From a virus: a stretch of DNA of 64,000 bases. The DNA is taken from the IMG/VR virus record IMGVR_UViG_3300032093_000017. The stretch is one strand, 5' to 3'. Each line of letters begins with the position of its first letter. The first letter of the stretch is position 1. Shown here in pieces: positions 25,881 to 37,225 of this stretch. The position numbers and the translations under genes were made by a program. The notes under the pieces were generated by a model, which saw only the letters and a program-made list of their open reading frames with translations, was not told the DNA's origin and ran no database searches.

Positions 25881-28800
25881 ATGCCACAAAATACAAATTT
25901 AAATGTATCCCCATATTTTGATGATTTTTCTGATCAGAAAGGATATCAGAAAGTATTATTTAAACCAGGAACTCCAATACAATCAAGAGAATTAACAACA
26001 CTCCAAAGTATTTTACAAAATCAAATTGAAAAGTTTGGAAAACACTTCTTTAAAGAAGGCTCAATGGTAATACCTGGACAAATTGGTTACGATGATCAGT
26101 ATTATTCTGTTCAAATTGATGAGTCTCATTTAGGTATTCCTGTTTCTTCGTATATAGAAAAATTTGTAGGAAAAAGTATCCAAGGAGAAACTAGTGGTGT
26201 TACAGCAGTAGTAGAAAACTATATTACCAATGAACAATCCGAACGAGGAAATTATACACTTTATATAAAGTACAAAAATTCAAGTAGTAGTAATTTTACT
26301 ACAAGATCTTTTATTGATGGTGAAAATTTAATTTCTCTAGAAGATGTAGATTATACATTATCTACAATTCAAAGAAACACATCATTTGCAACTGCAATTA
26401 TATCAAATTCTACTTCTATTGGATCTGCGGCAAAAATAGAGGAAGGGGTTTATTTCATTAGAGGATTTTTTTTAACGGTATCCAAACAAACAACAATACT
26501 GGATCAATATGAAAATAGTCCTTCATACCGTGTAGGTCTTTTCATTGATGAAGAAATTGCAGTGGCCTCAAATAATTATAGTGATTTATTTGATAATGCT
26601 CAAGGATTTTCTAATTATTCGGCACCTGGTGCAGATAGATTGAAAATATCATTATCTTTAATCAAAAAACCACTTGATGATTTTAATGATGAAAATTTTG
26701 TTGAATTGATGAGATTGGATTCTGGTGTATTGGTTAAATTTGTAAACAATTCTGATTATAATTTATTAAAAAATGAATTTGCCAGAAGAACATATGATGA
26801 ATCTGGAGATTATTATATCAAACCATTTAATGTTTTTCTGAAAGATTCATTGAATGATAAAGTAGGAAATAGTGGAATATATTCGGAAAAACAAAAAACA
26901 TCTCAGGGAAATGTTCCATCTGATGATTTAGCTTGTTTGTCTATAAGTCCAGGAAAAGCATATGTTAGGGGTTATGAAATAGAAACAATAAGTAATATTA
27001 GTGTTGATGTAGAAAAACCAAGAACAACTGAAAAAGTTTTTAATTCATCAATTCCATTTAATGTTGGCAGAAAAATTATAGTTAATAATGTTTTTGGAAC
27101 AATTCCAGTGGGATTTGGAACAACATCTCAGGTTTCTCTTTATGGTGATAGAACATCAACAGTCGGAGTATCTTCTGGAACTAAAATTGGAATAGCAAGA
27201 GTTTATGATTTTAAACTCAAAAATGCTGAATATTCTAATGCTTCTACTCAATTTGAACTTTTTCTTTATGACGTTCAAACATACACAAAATTGACTTTAA
27301 ATTCCACAATAACTTCTTTAAGTACTCCAGCATTTATAGAAGGAAAGAGTAGTGGTGCTTCTGGATATTTAGTAAGTGCTGTTTCAAATTCTTCAGAATT
27401 GGTTTTATATCAGGTATCTGGTTCTTTCATTTCAAATGAACAACTCAAATCCAATGGAGAGGATTTAAATAGAAATGTATCTAGTTTAATTGATTATAAT
27501 CTATCAGATGTACATCAAATTACTGCCAATGAATCGGCAGGAATAGGAACATTCACTGCAGATCCACTTCTTTCAGTTCAAACTCTTTTAGCACCATCTG
27601 GAACACAATTTTCCATCAGTTCTAGTGGCACTGTAACTTCCGGACAAGAAAACTTTTATGTGGGAATAAAGGTAGGTGATGTTGTTTCTTACACAAAACA
27701 AGGGGATATTGTCCCAACTTATAATAAAGTTTCCGCAATAAGTACCTCTGGAAAAAATATAACAATTATACCAACAACATCAGTCTCTGGCATTTGTAGT
27801 GGCACTTTACCTGCAAGTAATATTGCAGTTAATGACTTTAAAAAAGTTTCATTAGAGGTTTTAAATAATCAAAATGCATTTTTGTACTCTAAATTAAATA
27901 ATTCAAATATTTCAACGGTAGATTTAACAGGGTCTGAAATTATTATAAGAAAATCATATCAAATTCCATCAAGTTCATTTTCTTCGGGATCATATTCACA
28001 AATTTTAGAAACTGATCCAAATTTAACTTTATTGCCATTTGATGAAGAAGATTACAATTTAAGTTTTTCCAATGGAACTATTCCACCATTAAATAACCAA
28101 AAACTAACCGTAAGTGGGAGAACTGTATCAATTCAAGGTATTACACCAAATTCCAATTCTTCTACTTTGACGGTGACATTTAAAAAAATTAATGTTTCCT
28201 CCAGAAAAAAAATATACAATAGATGCTCTTCACTAATTATAAATAAAACTTCATCTGGAATAAACACTTCTACTAATGGTTTAACGAAAAGTGATATATA
28301 TGGATTAAGAGTTGAAGATAAAGAAATATCATTAAATGTTCCAGATGTAGAAAGTATTATTGGGATATTTGAGTCATCCACATCGTCAGATCCAATTTTA
28401 CCAAACATAACATTAACAAACTTAAATTCAAATATTTTAAATTTAATTAAAGGAGAAAGAATTGTCGGTAATGATAGCAATGCTGTAGCAGTGGTTGTTT
28501 CAAGCAATTCAACCAATGTAGTTGAGTTTGTCTACTTAAACGAAAATTCTTTTTACATTGGTGAAAACGTCATATTTGAAGAATCAAAGATATCTGGAAA
28601 AGTAGATTCCATTTTGACCGGTGATAAAAATATAAAAAATAATTATATCTTGGATGAAGGTCAAAAAGTGGAATACTTAGATTTTTCCAAAATAGTTAGA
28701 AAAAGTGAATTTTCTTCGCCAACAAAAAAACTTAAAATAATTTTTAACAACTATACAATAAATTCAACAGATGATGGAGATTTGGTTAGTGTAGATTCAT

Positions 28801-31800
28801 ACGATAAAGAAAGATATGGAAAAGATATTTCTTTTGTTGGTTCAAATAGTTTAAGTGATGTTATTGATTTGAGACCAAGAGTTGCTCCATATTCAGGTAC
28901 ATATTCACCGTTTGAATATGAATCAAGAAAATTTGAATCAATAAATTCTTCAAAAAATATATTCTCAAATAATAAAGATATTAATTTATCTTATGAGTAT
29001 TATTTGCCAAGAATTGATAAATTATATTTAAATAAAGATGGTATATTTTTTATCAGCAAGGGAATTCCATCCATAGAATCTAAAGAACCAAATTCTTTGG
29101 ATTCATCTTTAGAAGTTGCAACGATTAGATTACCGGCATATTTGTATAGTACTACAGATGCAACTATCATATTATCTTCTCATAAAAGATATACTATGAG
29201 AGATGTTTCTAGATTAGAAGATAGAATAAAAAATATAGAATATTATACTTCATTATCTCTACTTGAATCTGATACTCAGAATCTTTCAATTCGTGATCCT
29301 CAAACAAAATTAGATAGATTTAAATGTGGTTTCTTTGTTGATAATTTTAGATCATATAATGGTGGTCAAATAAGAAGTAGAGATTACAAAGCAAGTATTG
29401 ATACTGCAAATGGAATTTTAAGACCATCGCACTATACAACGTCAATTGATTTACTCATAGGATCCGAATCTGTTGTTGGATTGGGAACAATATCAAATCC
29501 AAACACAGACCTTCGTTTTGCAAATGATTTCGGATCACCAAATATAAAAAAAGTTGGCAGTCAGTTACTACTCAATTACTCTGAAGTGGAGTATGTAAAA
29601 AATATATTTGCTACAAGATCGGAAAATGTAAATCCTTTTCATGTTATAAATTGGATTGGATCTATTGAATTAAACCCATCTTCTGATAGTTGGATAGAAA
29701 CAAGAAAAACAAAAAAAACAGTTGATATTGAGGGAAGTTATCAGCAATCAATGGAACAACTTGGAGTTGATAGTAATACTGGATTCTCTCCAATAGATTG
29801 GAATTCTTGGGAAACAAATTGGACTGGAGAAACTATATCCAATGGTCCAGAAATAGGGAGAATTAGTCAAGGAACAACTAATTTAGGAAACACTACTTTT
29901 GATCCAAGCGGATCTGGAAGGAGACAAGTTACTGATACAACTACATTTAGAGATGACTTTTTGACATTTAATAACCAAACAATAACTAAAACTGGAACAA
30001 GTACAAGAGAAGGTATTCAATATAAAGTATCAGAAAAATTTGATTCAACTAATTTGGGAGATAGAGTAGTTTCCAGAGAAATCATTAAAAAAATGAGATC
30101 CAGAAACATTGAAATTATTGCAAGAAGATTAAAGCCTTCTTCTAGATTTTATTGCTTTTTTGATAACGTAGATTTGACTTCTTATGTAATCCCAAAACTT
30201 TTAGAAGTTTCTATGAGTAGTGGTACTTTTTCTCCAGGAGAAACAGTAATTGGCACTTTGGGCACAAAAAGCATAAGGTTTAGACTCTCTCAACAAAACC
30301 ACAAATATGGACCATACGATTCTGCAACAGAAGTGTATGTAGAGAACCCATATCAACCAGAAAATACATTATCTAGTTCTTATTCATCAACAACAACCAT
30401 TTTAAATGTTGATACTGCTAGTTTATCAATAAATTCTGAATCTAATTTTTATGGGTCATTAATTCAGGGAATGCAAATTGTTGGCCAAACTAGTAATGCA
30501 ATTGCAACTGTCTCTGAGATTAGATTGGTAAGTGATTTTTCTGGAGTCTTTATTGGATCTGTATTGATCCCCGATTCTACTATCCCATCAACACCTTCGT
30601 TTGAAACTGGAACAAAGACTCTTGTTTTGACAACTAGTTCTACAAATTCTACAGTTGTGACCTCAAATGAAAGTACTGCAGAAACTAATTTTTATTCAGA
30701 AGGCACTTTAGATAATGTTGAAAATTCAACTCTTCGTATAAGAAATGCAAATATAGAAAGATTACCACAATCAGAAACAATATTAGCATCAGAAACTGAA
30801 ACTAGATTAGTATCAAGTAACACTTCAGAAAACAGAACAACAACAAGTCAAAGATGGGTTGATCCATTAGCACAATCATTTGAAGTTGCAGATAGAAATG
30901 GAGTATTCATAACAAAATGTGATATTTTCTTCAAAACAAAAGACACTAAAGGAGTTCCGGTAACTCTTCAAATTAGATCTATGAGGGATGGGACTCCAAC
31001 TCAAGAAATTCTTCCTTTTGGTGAAATCGTATTGAATGCAAGTGATGTAAACATTTCTGAAGATGGAACTGTCCCCACTACATTCACATTCCCATCTCCA
31101 ATTTACCTTGAATCAGTAGGTAGTGGATATGCAATTGTATTAGTTTCATCTTCAAATGAATATAATGTTTGGATTTCTAGAATGGGTGAAACTGATATTT
31201 CTACAATTGACAAACCAGATTCTGAGAAAATAATTGTTTCCCAACAACCAACTCTTGGGTCTTTATTTAAATCACAAAATGGTTCTACTTGGGAACCAAG
31301 TCAATTAGAAGATTTGAAATTTACTTTATATAGAGCAGATTTTGTAACTTCACCAGCATCAATTAGATTTTACAATCCAGAGTTGGCAGTTGGAAACAAT
31401 CAAATAATTTCACTAAGACCAAATCCAATCAATACAAATTCAAATTCTGCATTGATTGGAATCGGAACGAGTTTATCTCCAGTTCAACAAAGTTCTTTGG
31501 TTATCGGAAATACAATAAGTCAAACAACCAATACTAATTTTACTGGAAAGTTAAAATCACTTGTTGGTGCAGTCGGGATTAATTCTGAATTGACTTTAAC
31601 AAATACAGGAATGGGTTTTACTAGTGGACCCAAATTATATTCTAATATAAATTTAAAAACACTTACTGGATTTGGAAATAATGCCAAGGTAAATCTTTTT
31701 GTATCTGGCGGAGTTGCAGTTGCAGCAACAGTAACTGATGGTGGTTCTGGATATAAAATTGGAGATACACTGACTGTAAATTCTTCTGATACAGACGGAT

Positions 31801-33356
31801 TCGGAAAAAATTTAATTCTGACGATTCCAAATAGTTCTGGAATTATTTCTTCCTTTAATTCAATTATTGTTGATAACATTCAAGGAAAAGTAAATACTTC
31901 TGGTTCGTATTCATTAACAAATAATGGATCAGAAATAACTAATGCAACAGCAACTAGTTCTATAGAATTGACAAATGGTTTATATTTTAAAGTAAATCAT
32001 AATAATCACGGAATGTATGCAGCAAATAATCAAGTAATTTTAAGTGGAATTGAATCCGATTATTCACCAGAAACTTTAGTTAGTGATTATTCTGCCACAT
32101 CTACTGATAATATTGTAGTTTCTTCTGGTTCTATTTTTTCTACTTTTGAAAATGTTGGTGTTGCATCAACAAATCCAGGATATATTTTAATTGATCAAGA
32201 AATTATTAAATATACTGGAGTTTCTGGAAATTCATTAACTGGAATAACAGGAAACAGAGGAATAGATGGAACAATACCAACTTTACATAAAGCAAAATCT
32301 TTAGTATTTAAATATGAAATGAATGGCATTTCATTGAGAAGAATTAATAAAACACATACATTCACTGATGTTGATGTGAGTAATTATCCAATTGAAATGG
32401 ATTCTTATTATTTAAAAATTGATACATCGTCAAAAACTGGAACAGACAGAACTACTGGAAGTGCTGTTGGTCCAGAACTATTCTTCAACCAATCAAAATC
32501 TTGTGGTTCTTATCTAACAAATACTCCACAACTGAATTCAATAAATGGACAAAAGGCAACGCAAAATTTAGTATTTAATAGTATTAGGCCAAACATAGTC
32601 ACAATGTTACCAGACACAACTTCAATTTCTGCAAAATTGAGAACAACATCTGCGACTAGTGTAAATGGAAATGAATTATCATTTATTGATTCTGGTTTTA
32701 CTGATATTTCTTTAAACTCAAATAATGAATTTAATTCTTTAAAAATGATTTGCTCTAAGGTCAATGAAGAGTTTTATTTGAGTTCTTTACCTGGAAATAA
32801 ATCGTTGACTATAGAAATGTCCTTACAGACCAAGGATTCTAAAGTTTCTCCTGTGATTGATTTTGATCGTGTAAGTTTAATTACTACTATGAATAGGATT
32901 GATACTCCAATTAAAAATTATTTAACTGACCCAAGAGTTAATCAATTAACTGGTGATCCAAATTCAGCAATTTACTTATCAAAAATAGTAAAGTTAGAGA
33001 AATCATCAGACAACTTAAAAGTTTTATTTGATGCATACAGACATCAATCTAATGATATTAGAGTTCTTTATCGTTTATTCAGAAATGATACTCCAGACGA
33101 ACAACAAATATTTGAGTTTTTCCCAGGATATGATAATTTAGATCAAAATGGTAATATCGTAGATTCATCTAAAAATAATGGAAGACCAGATAGATTTGTG
33201 CAATCATCTAATACCATAAATGATTATGGAAATTATGAATTCACCGCAAAAAATTTGCCTTTATTTAATGGATTTCAAATTAAAATTATTATGACAGGAA
33301 CAAATCAAGCACAAGTTCCTTATATTAAAGACCTTCGTATTATTGCAACAATATGA
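25881..33356 (+). CDS. large virion structural protein (DUF4815/VrlC-like)
   Basis: NLNVSPYFDDF, QSRELTTLQSILQNQ, APGADR, GFFVDNF, DPLAQSF, EDLKFTLYRA motifs. Confidence 0.8.
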   Translation: MPQNTNLNVSPYFDDFSDQKGYQKVLFKPGTPIQSRELTTLQSILQNQIEKFGKHFFKEGSMVIPGQIGYDDQYYSVQIDESHLGIPVSSYIEKFVGKSIQGETSGVTAVVENYITNEQSERGNYTLYIKYKNSSSSNFTTRSFIDGENLISLEDVDYTLSTIQRNTSFATAIISNSTSIGSAAKIEEGVYFIRGFFLTVSKQTTILDQYENSPSYRVGLFIDEEIAVASNNYSDLFDNAQGFSNYSAPGADRLKISLSLIKKPLDDFNDENFVELMRLDSGVLVKFVNNSDYNLLKNEFARRTYDESGDYYIKPFNVFLKDSLNDKVGNSGIYSEKQKTSQGNVPSDDLACLSISPGKAYVRGYEIETISNISVDVEKPRTTEKVFNSSIPFNVGRKIIVNNVFGTIPVGFGTTSQVSLYGDRTSTVGVSSGTKIGIARVYDFKLKNAEYSNASTQFELFLYDVQTYTKLTLNSTITSLSTPAFIEGKSSGASGYLVSAVSNSSELVLYQVSGSFISNEQLKSNGEDLNRNVSSLIDYNLSDVHQITANESAGIGTFTADPLLSVQTLLAPSGTQFSISSSGTVTSGQENFYVGIKVGDVVSYTKQGDIVPTYNKVSAISTSGKNITIIPTTSVSGICSGTLPASNIAVNDFKKVSLEVLNNQNAFLYSKLNNSNISTVDLTGSEIIIRKSYQIPSSSFSSGSYSQILETDPNLTLLPFDEEDYNLSFSNGTIPPLNNQKLTVSGRTVSIQGITPNSNSSTLTVTFKKINVSSRKKIYNRCSSLIINKTSSGINTSTNGLTKSDIYGLRVEDKEISLNVPDVESIIGIFESSTSSDPILPNITLTNLNSNILNLIKGERIVGNDSNAVAVVVSSNSTNVVEFVYLNENSFYIGENVIFEESKISGKVDSILTGDKNIKNNYILDEGQKVEYLDFSKIVRKSEFSSPTKKLKIIFNNYTINSTDDGDLVSVDSYDKERYGKDISFVGSNSLSDVIDLRPRVAPYSGTYSPFEYESRKFESINSSKNIFSNNKDINLSYEYYLPRIDKLYLNKDGIFFISKGIPSIESKEPNSLDSSLEVATIRLPAYLYSTTDATIILSSHKRYTMRDVSRLEDRIKNIEYYTSLSLLESDTQNLSIRDPQTKLDRFKCGFFVDNFRSYNGGQIRSRDYKASIDTANGILRPSHYTTSIDLLIGSESVVGLGTISNPNTDLRFANDFGSPNIKKVGSQLLLNYSEVEYVKNIFATRSENVNPFHVINWIGSIELNPSSDSWIETRKTKKTVDIEGSYQQSMEQLGVDSNTGFSPIDWNSWETNWTGETISNGPEIGRISQGTTNLGNTTFDPSGSGRRQVTDTTTFRDDFLTFNNQTITKTGTSTREGIQYKVSEKFDSTNLGDRVVSREIIKKMRSRNIEIIARRLKPSSRFYCFFDNVDLTSYVIPKLLEVSMSSGTFSPGETVIGTLGTKSIRFRLSQQNHKYGPYDSATEVYVENPYQPENTLSSSYSSTTTILNVDTASLSINSESNFYGSLIQGMQIVGQTSNAIATVSEIRLVSDFSGVFIGSVLIPDSTIPSTPSFETGTKTLVLTTSSTNSTVVTSNESTAETNFYSEGTLDNVENSTLRIRNANIERLPQSETILASETETRLVSSNTSENRTTTSQRWVDPLAQSFEVADRNGVFITKCDIFFKTKDTKGVPVTLQIRSMRDGTPTQEILPFGEIVLNASDVNISEDGTVPTTFTFPSPIYLESVGSGYAIVLVSSSNEYNVWISRMGETDISTIDKPDSEKIIVSQQPTLGSLFKSQNGSTWEPSQLEDLKFTLYRADFVTSPASIRFYNPELAVGNNQIISLRPNPINTNSNSALIGIGTSLSPVQQSSLVIGNTISQTTNTNFTGKLKSLVGAVGINSELTLTNTGMGFTSGPKLYSNINLKTLTGFGNNAKVNLFVSGGVAVAATVTDGGSGYKIGDTLTVNSSDTDGFGKNLILTIPNSSGIISSFNSIIVDNIQGKVNTSGSYSLTNNGSEITNATATSSIELTNGLYFKVNHNNHGMYAANNQVILSGIESDYSPETLVSDYSATSTDNIVVSSGSIFSTFENVGVASTNPGYILIDQEIIKYTGVSGNSLTGITGNRGIDGTIPTLHKAKSLVFKYEMNGISLRRINKTHTFTDVDVSNYPIEMDSYYLKIDTSSKTGTDRTTGSAVGPELFFNQSKSCGSYLTNTPQLNSINGQKATQNLVFNSIRPNIVTMLPDTTSISAKLRTTSATSVNGNELSFIDSGFTDISLNSNNEFNSLKMICSKVNEEFYLSSLPGNKSLTIEMSLQTKDSKVSPVIDFDRVSLITTMNRIDTPIKNYLTDPRVNQLTGDPNSAIYLSKIVKLEKSSDNLKVLFDAYRHQSNDIRVLYRLFRNDTPDEQQIFEFFPGYDNLDQNGNIVDSSKNNGRPDRFVQSSNTINDYGNYEFTAKNLPLFNGFQIKIIMTGTNQAQVPYIKDLRIIATI

Positions 33357-33553
33357 TACCAGTAGAAGGACATAAAGGACTCTATAGAGATGAGACCACT
33401 AATGCAATTGTAAATTGTAATGACTATCAGTATCAAGAATATATAAAATTGAAAAATGAATCTTTGAGTGAAAAAGAAGAAATTGAAAATTTAAAAAATG
33501 AATTGTCAGAAGTTAAGAAATTGCTGAAAGATTTAATAAACAATCATTCATAA
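33353..33553 (+). CDS. small conserved coiled-coil protein
   Basis: VEGHKGLYRD..AIVN plus coiled-coil tail; ATGA overlap. Confidence 0.75.
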   Translation: MIPVEGHKGLYRDETTNAIVNCNDYQYQEYIKLKNESLSEKEEIENLKNELSEVKKLLKDLINNHS

Positions 33554-33582
33554 ATACTATAAAATAAAAGTTTTTTAATATA

Positions 33583-33936
33583 ATGTCTATATACGTAGTC
33601 AATATAGTAATTCCTTCTGGTTCTGATTTTAGTCAATCATTTTTTCTTGAAAGTGATGAATCAGATTCTGCTTTTAATTTGACTAACTATAGTGTGTATT
33701 CAATGATCAAAAAAAGTCCATTATCTCTGACAACAGCAGCAAATTTCAATGCTTCTATTGTCTCCCCTCCAACTCAAGGTCAAATAATCATTTCTTTGGG
33801 ATCTAGTATTACTGCATCGTTAAAACCAGGAAGATATTCTTATGATGTTTTAATAAAAAATAATTCATCAGGATTAAAAACTAGAGTTATTGAAGGAAGT
33901 GCTTTAGTTACAGCAGGAATTACAACAACGGTGTAA
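33583..33936 (+). CDS. conserved virion-associated beta-sandwich protein
   Basis: GSDFSQSF, LKPGRYSYDV, RVIEG motifs; CATAAATA promoter at 33549. Confidence 0.7.
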   Translation: MSIYVVNIVIPSGSDFSQSFFLESDESDSAFNLTNYSVYSMIKKSPLSLTTAANFNASIVSPPTQGQIIISLGSSITASLKPGRYSYDVLIKNNSSGLKTRVIEGSALVTAGITTTV

Positions 33937-33939
33937 AAA

Positions 33940-34755
33940 ATGGCTCAACCATCAACAAGGCAGGGATTAATTGATTATTGTTTGAGAAAACTGGGATATC
34001 CAGTTTTGGAAATAAACGTTGATGAAGATCAAATTGATGATTTGGTTGACGATGCAATTCAATATTTTAATGAAAGGCATTTTGATGGAATAGAAAGAGT
34101 ATATTTAAAACACAAATTAACTCCCGAAGAAAAAACCACAATAAGAACAGGAGTTTCTACAACCACTGCAACTAGTGGTGTTGGAATTACAGCAATTTCT
34201 TTTCAGGAATCAAATAATTTTATAAAATTACCAGATACTGTAATTGGAGTATTTAATGTCTTTAAATCAGATGCAAATACAATATCCAGTGGGTTGTTTA
34301 ATATAAAATATCAGTTATTTTTGAATGATTTATATTATTATGGAGCATTGGACCTGTTAAATTATGCAATGGTAAAAACTCATCTTGAAGATATTAGTAG
34401 AATTATCACTCCAGATGTTCAATTGAGATTCAATAAAAAACAACACAGATTATATTTGGATATTGATTGGGCTATGGTTAATGAAAATAGTTATATTATT
34501 ATTGATTGCTTTAGAATTGTTGATCCATCAGATTTTCCAAAAGTTTACAATGACTGGTGGATAAAAAAATATTTAACTGCACTCATTAAAAGGCAGTGGG
34601 GTCAAAATCTCATTAAATTTAATGGTGTCCAACTTCCAGGCGGAATTACTTTAAATGGAAGACAAATTTATGATGATGCAATTTTGGAAATAGAAAAACT
34701 TGAAGAAAAACTTCATAATGAATATGAATTACCACCAATGGATATGATCGGATAA
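33940..34755 (+). CDS. gp13: neck protein gp13
   Basis: YCLRKLGYPVLEINV, QWGQNLIKF, LPGGITLNG. Confidence 0.92.
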   Translation: MAQPSTRQGLIDYCLRKLGYPVLEINVDEDQIDDLVDDAIQYFNERHFDGIERVYLKHKLTPEEKTTIRTGVSTTTATSGVGITAISFQESNNFIKLPDTVIGVFNVFKSDANTISSGLFNIKYQLFLNDLYYYGALDLLNYAMVKTHLEDISRIITPDVQLRFNKKQHRLYLDIDWAMVNENSYIIIDCFRIVDPSDFPKVYNDWWIKKYLTALIKRQWGQNLIKFNGVQLPGGITLNGRQIYDDAILEIEKLEEKLHNEYELPPMDMIG

Positions 34756-36131
34756 TGTCACCATTAAATCCTTATTTCTTACACGGTTCATCAAGTGAAC
34801 AAAGACTTGTCCAAGACTTAATCAATGAGCAATTGAGAATGTATGGTCAAGATGTTGTTTATATGCCAAGAAAATTAATTAATGAAAAATCTATCATTAA
34901 AGAGGCAATTGTTTCTAAGTTTGATGATAGTTTTAGAATAGAAGCATATGTAATGAATTTTGAAGGTTTTGGGGGACAAGGTGATATTTTAAGTAAATTT
35001 GGAGTAAGAACAACGGATGAATTAAATTTAATCATATCAAAAGAAAGATATGAAGATTTTATTTCCCCATTTTTGGTTTCAGATCAAAAAGTAAAAGTTG
35101 CTACAAGACCACAAGAAGGAGACCTTATTTATTTTCCTCTTGATAATTCTTTGTTTGAAATTAAATATGTAGAAGGAAAACAACCATTTTATCAATTGAA
35201 TAATTTATATGTTTATCAATTGAAGTGTGAGATATTTGAATATGAAGATGAAAACATTTCAACAACAATTGAAGAAATTGATAAATCTGTTCAAGAGTTT
35301 GGGTACATTCAAACAATTACAATGGTAAGTTCCGGTGCAACTGCTGCATCGGCAAGTATTTCAAATTTACCATCACCAAGTTCTCTTCAATATATTGATC
35401 TAATTAATGATGGAACTGGGTATTTGACAACTCCAACAATTCGTATTGAAAAAGCACCTGTTGGTGGAACAGACGCATCAGCAGTTGCAATTATGACATA
35501 TAGACCACCAAGAAATGGTAGCTCTATAGATAAAATTTTACTCATAAATCCTGGAGCAGGATATACAGTACCACCAAAAGTTGAAATATTAAGTGATACT
35601 GGAACTGGTGGAATCGCAACAGCAGTCATTTCTAATGGTTCTCTTGGACAAATATCAATATTAACTAATGGATCTGGATATTCTTCTGCACCAACTGTTT
35701 CAATATCTTCTGCACCTTCTGGTGGCACAAATGCAACTGCATTGGCATTTATAAATTCTTCCGGAATAGTTACAGCAATTAGGTATACAAATACCGGTGC
35801 TGGATACACTTCACTCCCATCTATTACATTGTCCTCTCCTGTTGGAACTTCCACTGGAAACTTTATATTTAATGAGTCAATCAGAGGAGTTTCTACAGGG
35901 ACAACAGCATATGTTAAAGATTGGGATGCAGACACCAAAGTCCTTAAAGTTTCAATTGCAAATGGAAACTTTGCTCTTGGTGAATTAATAGTTGGTTCTA
36001 ATGCAACTCATAAAGTATTTTCAATTCAATCTGATGATTTGTATGACCCATATGCTCAAAATACTGAAATAGAAAATGAATCAGATTCAATGTTAGACTT
36101 CTCTCAAAGAAATCCATTTGGTGATTACTAG
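34755..36131 (+). CDS. gp14: neck protein gp14 with inserted GxGY modules
   Basis: EQRLVQDLINEQLRMYG, RPQEGDLIYFP, C-terminal DFSQRNPFG. Confidence 0.9.
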   Translation: MSPLNPYFLHGSSSEQRLVQDLINEQLRMYGQDVVYMPRKLINEKSIIKEAIVSKFDDSFRIEAYVMNFEGFGGQGDILSKFGVRTTDELNLIISKERYEDFISPFLVSDQKVKVATRPQEGDLIYFPLDNSLFEIKYVEGKQPFYQLNNLYVYQLKCEIFEYEDENISTTIEEIDKSVQEFGYIQTITMVSSGATAASASISNLPSPSSLQYIDLINDGTGYLTTPTIRIEKAPVGGTDASAVAIMTYRPPRNGSSIDKILLINPGAGYTVPPKVEILSDTGTGGIATAVISNGSLGQISILTNGSGYSSAPTVSISSAPSGGTNATALAFINSSGIVTAIRYTNTGAGYTSLPSITLSSPVGTSTGNFIFNESIRGVSTGTTAYVKDWDADTKVLKVSIANGNFALGELIVGSNATHKVFSIQSDDLYDPYAQNTEIENESDSMLDFSQRNPFGDY

Positions 36132-36166
36132 TTATTAATTACTAAATAATTATAAAGTGTTTGATT

Positions 36167-37225
36167 ATGTTAGGAAATTATAGTTATCACGAAATTATAA
36201 GAAAGACGGTTATATCTTTTGGTACGCTTTTTAATAATATTTTAATCAAACACGAAGAGCAAGATGGAACTGATTATAGTTTAATCAAAGTTCCCATTGC
36301 GTATGGACCAATACAGAAGTTTTTAGCAAGATTAGAACAGAAGCCAGACTTGAGAAAAAGAGTTGCATTGACTCTTCCTCGTATGTCTTTTGAATTAACT
36401 AGTATCAATTATGATGCAAGCAGAAAGGTATCTACGGTACAAACATTCAAAACATTAAATTCCGAGAATCAAAATAAAGCAATAAAAGTTTATATGCCAG
36501 TCCCATACAATTTGGGAATAAAATTAAGCATAATGGCAAAATATAATGATGATATGCTCCAAATTTTGGAGCAAATTTTGCCATTTTTCCAACCATCATT
36601 TAGTTTAACTATTGATTTAGTATCATCCATTGGAGAAAAAAAAGATGTTCCAATGATATTGGAAAATATTCAAATGGAAGATAATTACGAAAGTGACTTT
36701 ACCACAAGAAGAGTTTTAGTTTATACTCTAAATTTTGTTGCCAAAACTTATATTTTTGGACCAATTGCAGATAGTACAGAAGGTTTAATTAAAAAAGTGC
36801 AAGTTGATTACTATACGGATACAAATATAAAAAATTCATCAAGACAGTTGAGATACACAGCAACACCAAGAGCAATTAAAGATTACAATAATGATAATAC
36901 AAATACACTAACAGAAGATATTAATGAGTATGTTACAAAAATTTCTGTTTCTGATGCTTCACTACTGAGCGAAAATACTTACATTATGATAGAAAAAGAA
37001 GAATTACTCATTAAATCTATTGAAGGAAATGACTTAACAGTATTAAGGGGACAAGACGGAACAACGGCAGTTCCGCATTTAATTAATTCTTCAATTGATG
37101 TAATAAATGCGGTTGATGATAGTTTAGTTGAACCAGAAGATGATTTTGGATTTAATGAAAGTTATTTTGATTTTGGTGATGGAAAAATTTATAGTCCAAC
37201 AAAAGGAATAGATGTATCATTATGA
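36167..37225 (+). CDS. gp15: tail sheath stabiliser/terminator gp15
   Basis: FGTLFNNI, KVPIAYGP, LPRMSFE, QILEQILPFFQP. Confidence 0.92.
   Translation: MLGNYSYHEIIRKTVISFGTLFNNILIKHEEQDGTDYSLIKVPIAYGPIQKFLARLEQKPDLRKRVALTLPRMSFELTSINYDASRKVSTVQTFKTLNSENQNKAIKVYMPVPYNLGIKLSIMAKYNDDMLQILEQILPFFQPSFSLTIDLVSSIGEKKDVPMILENIQMEDNYESDFTTRRVLVYTLNFVAKTYIFGPIADSTEGLIKKVQVDYYTDTNIKNSSRQLRYTATPRAIKDYNNDNTNTLTEDINEYVTKISVSDASLLSENTYIMIEKEELLIKSIEGNDLTVLRGQDGTTAVPHLINSSIDVINAVDDSLVEPEDDFGFNESYFDFGDGKIYSPTKGIDVSL

Noticed and set aside
35387-35938. 183-aa minus-strand ORF
   Set aside because: Antisense shadow of the low-complexity part of gp14
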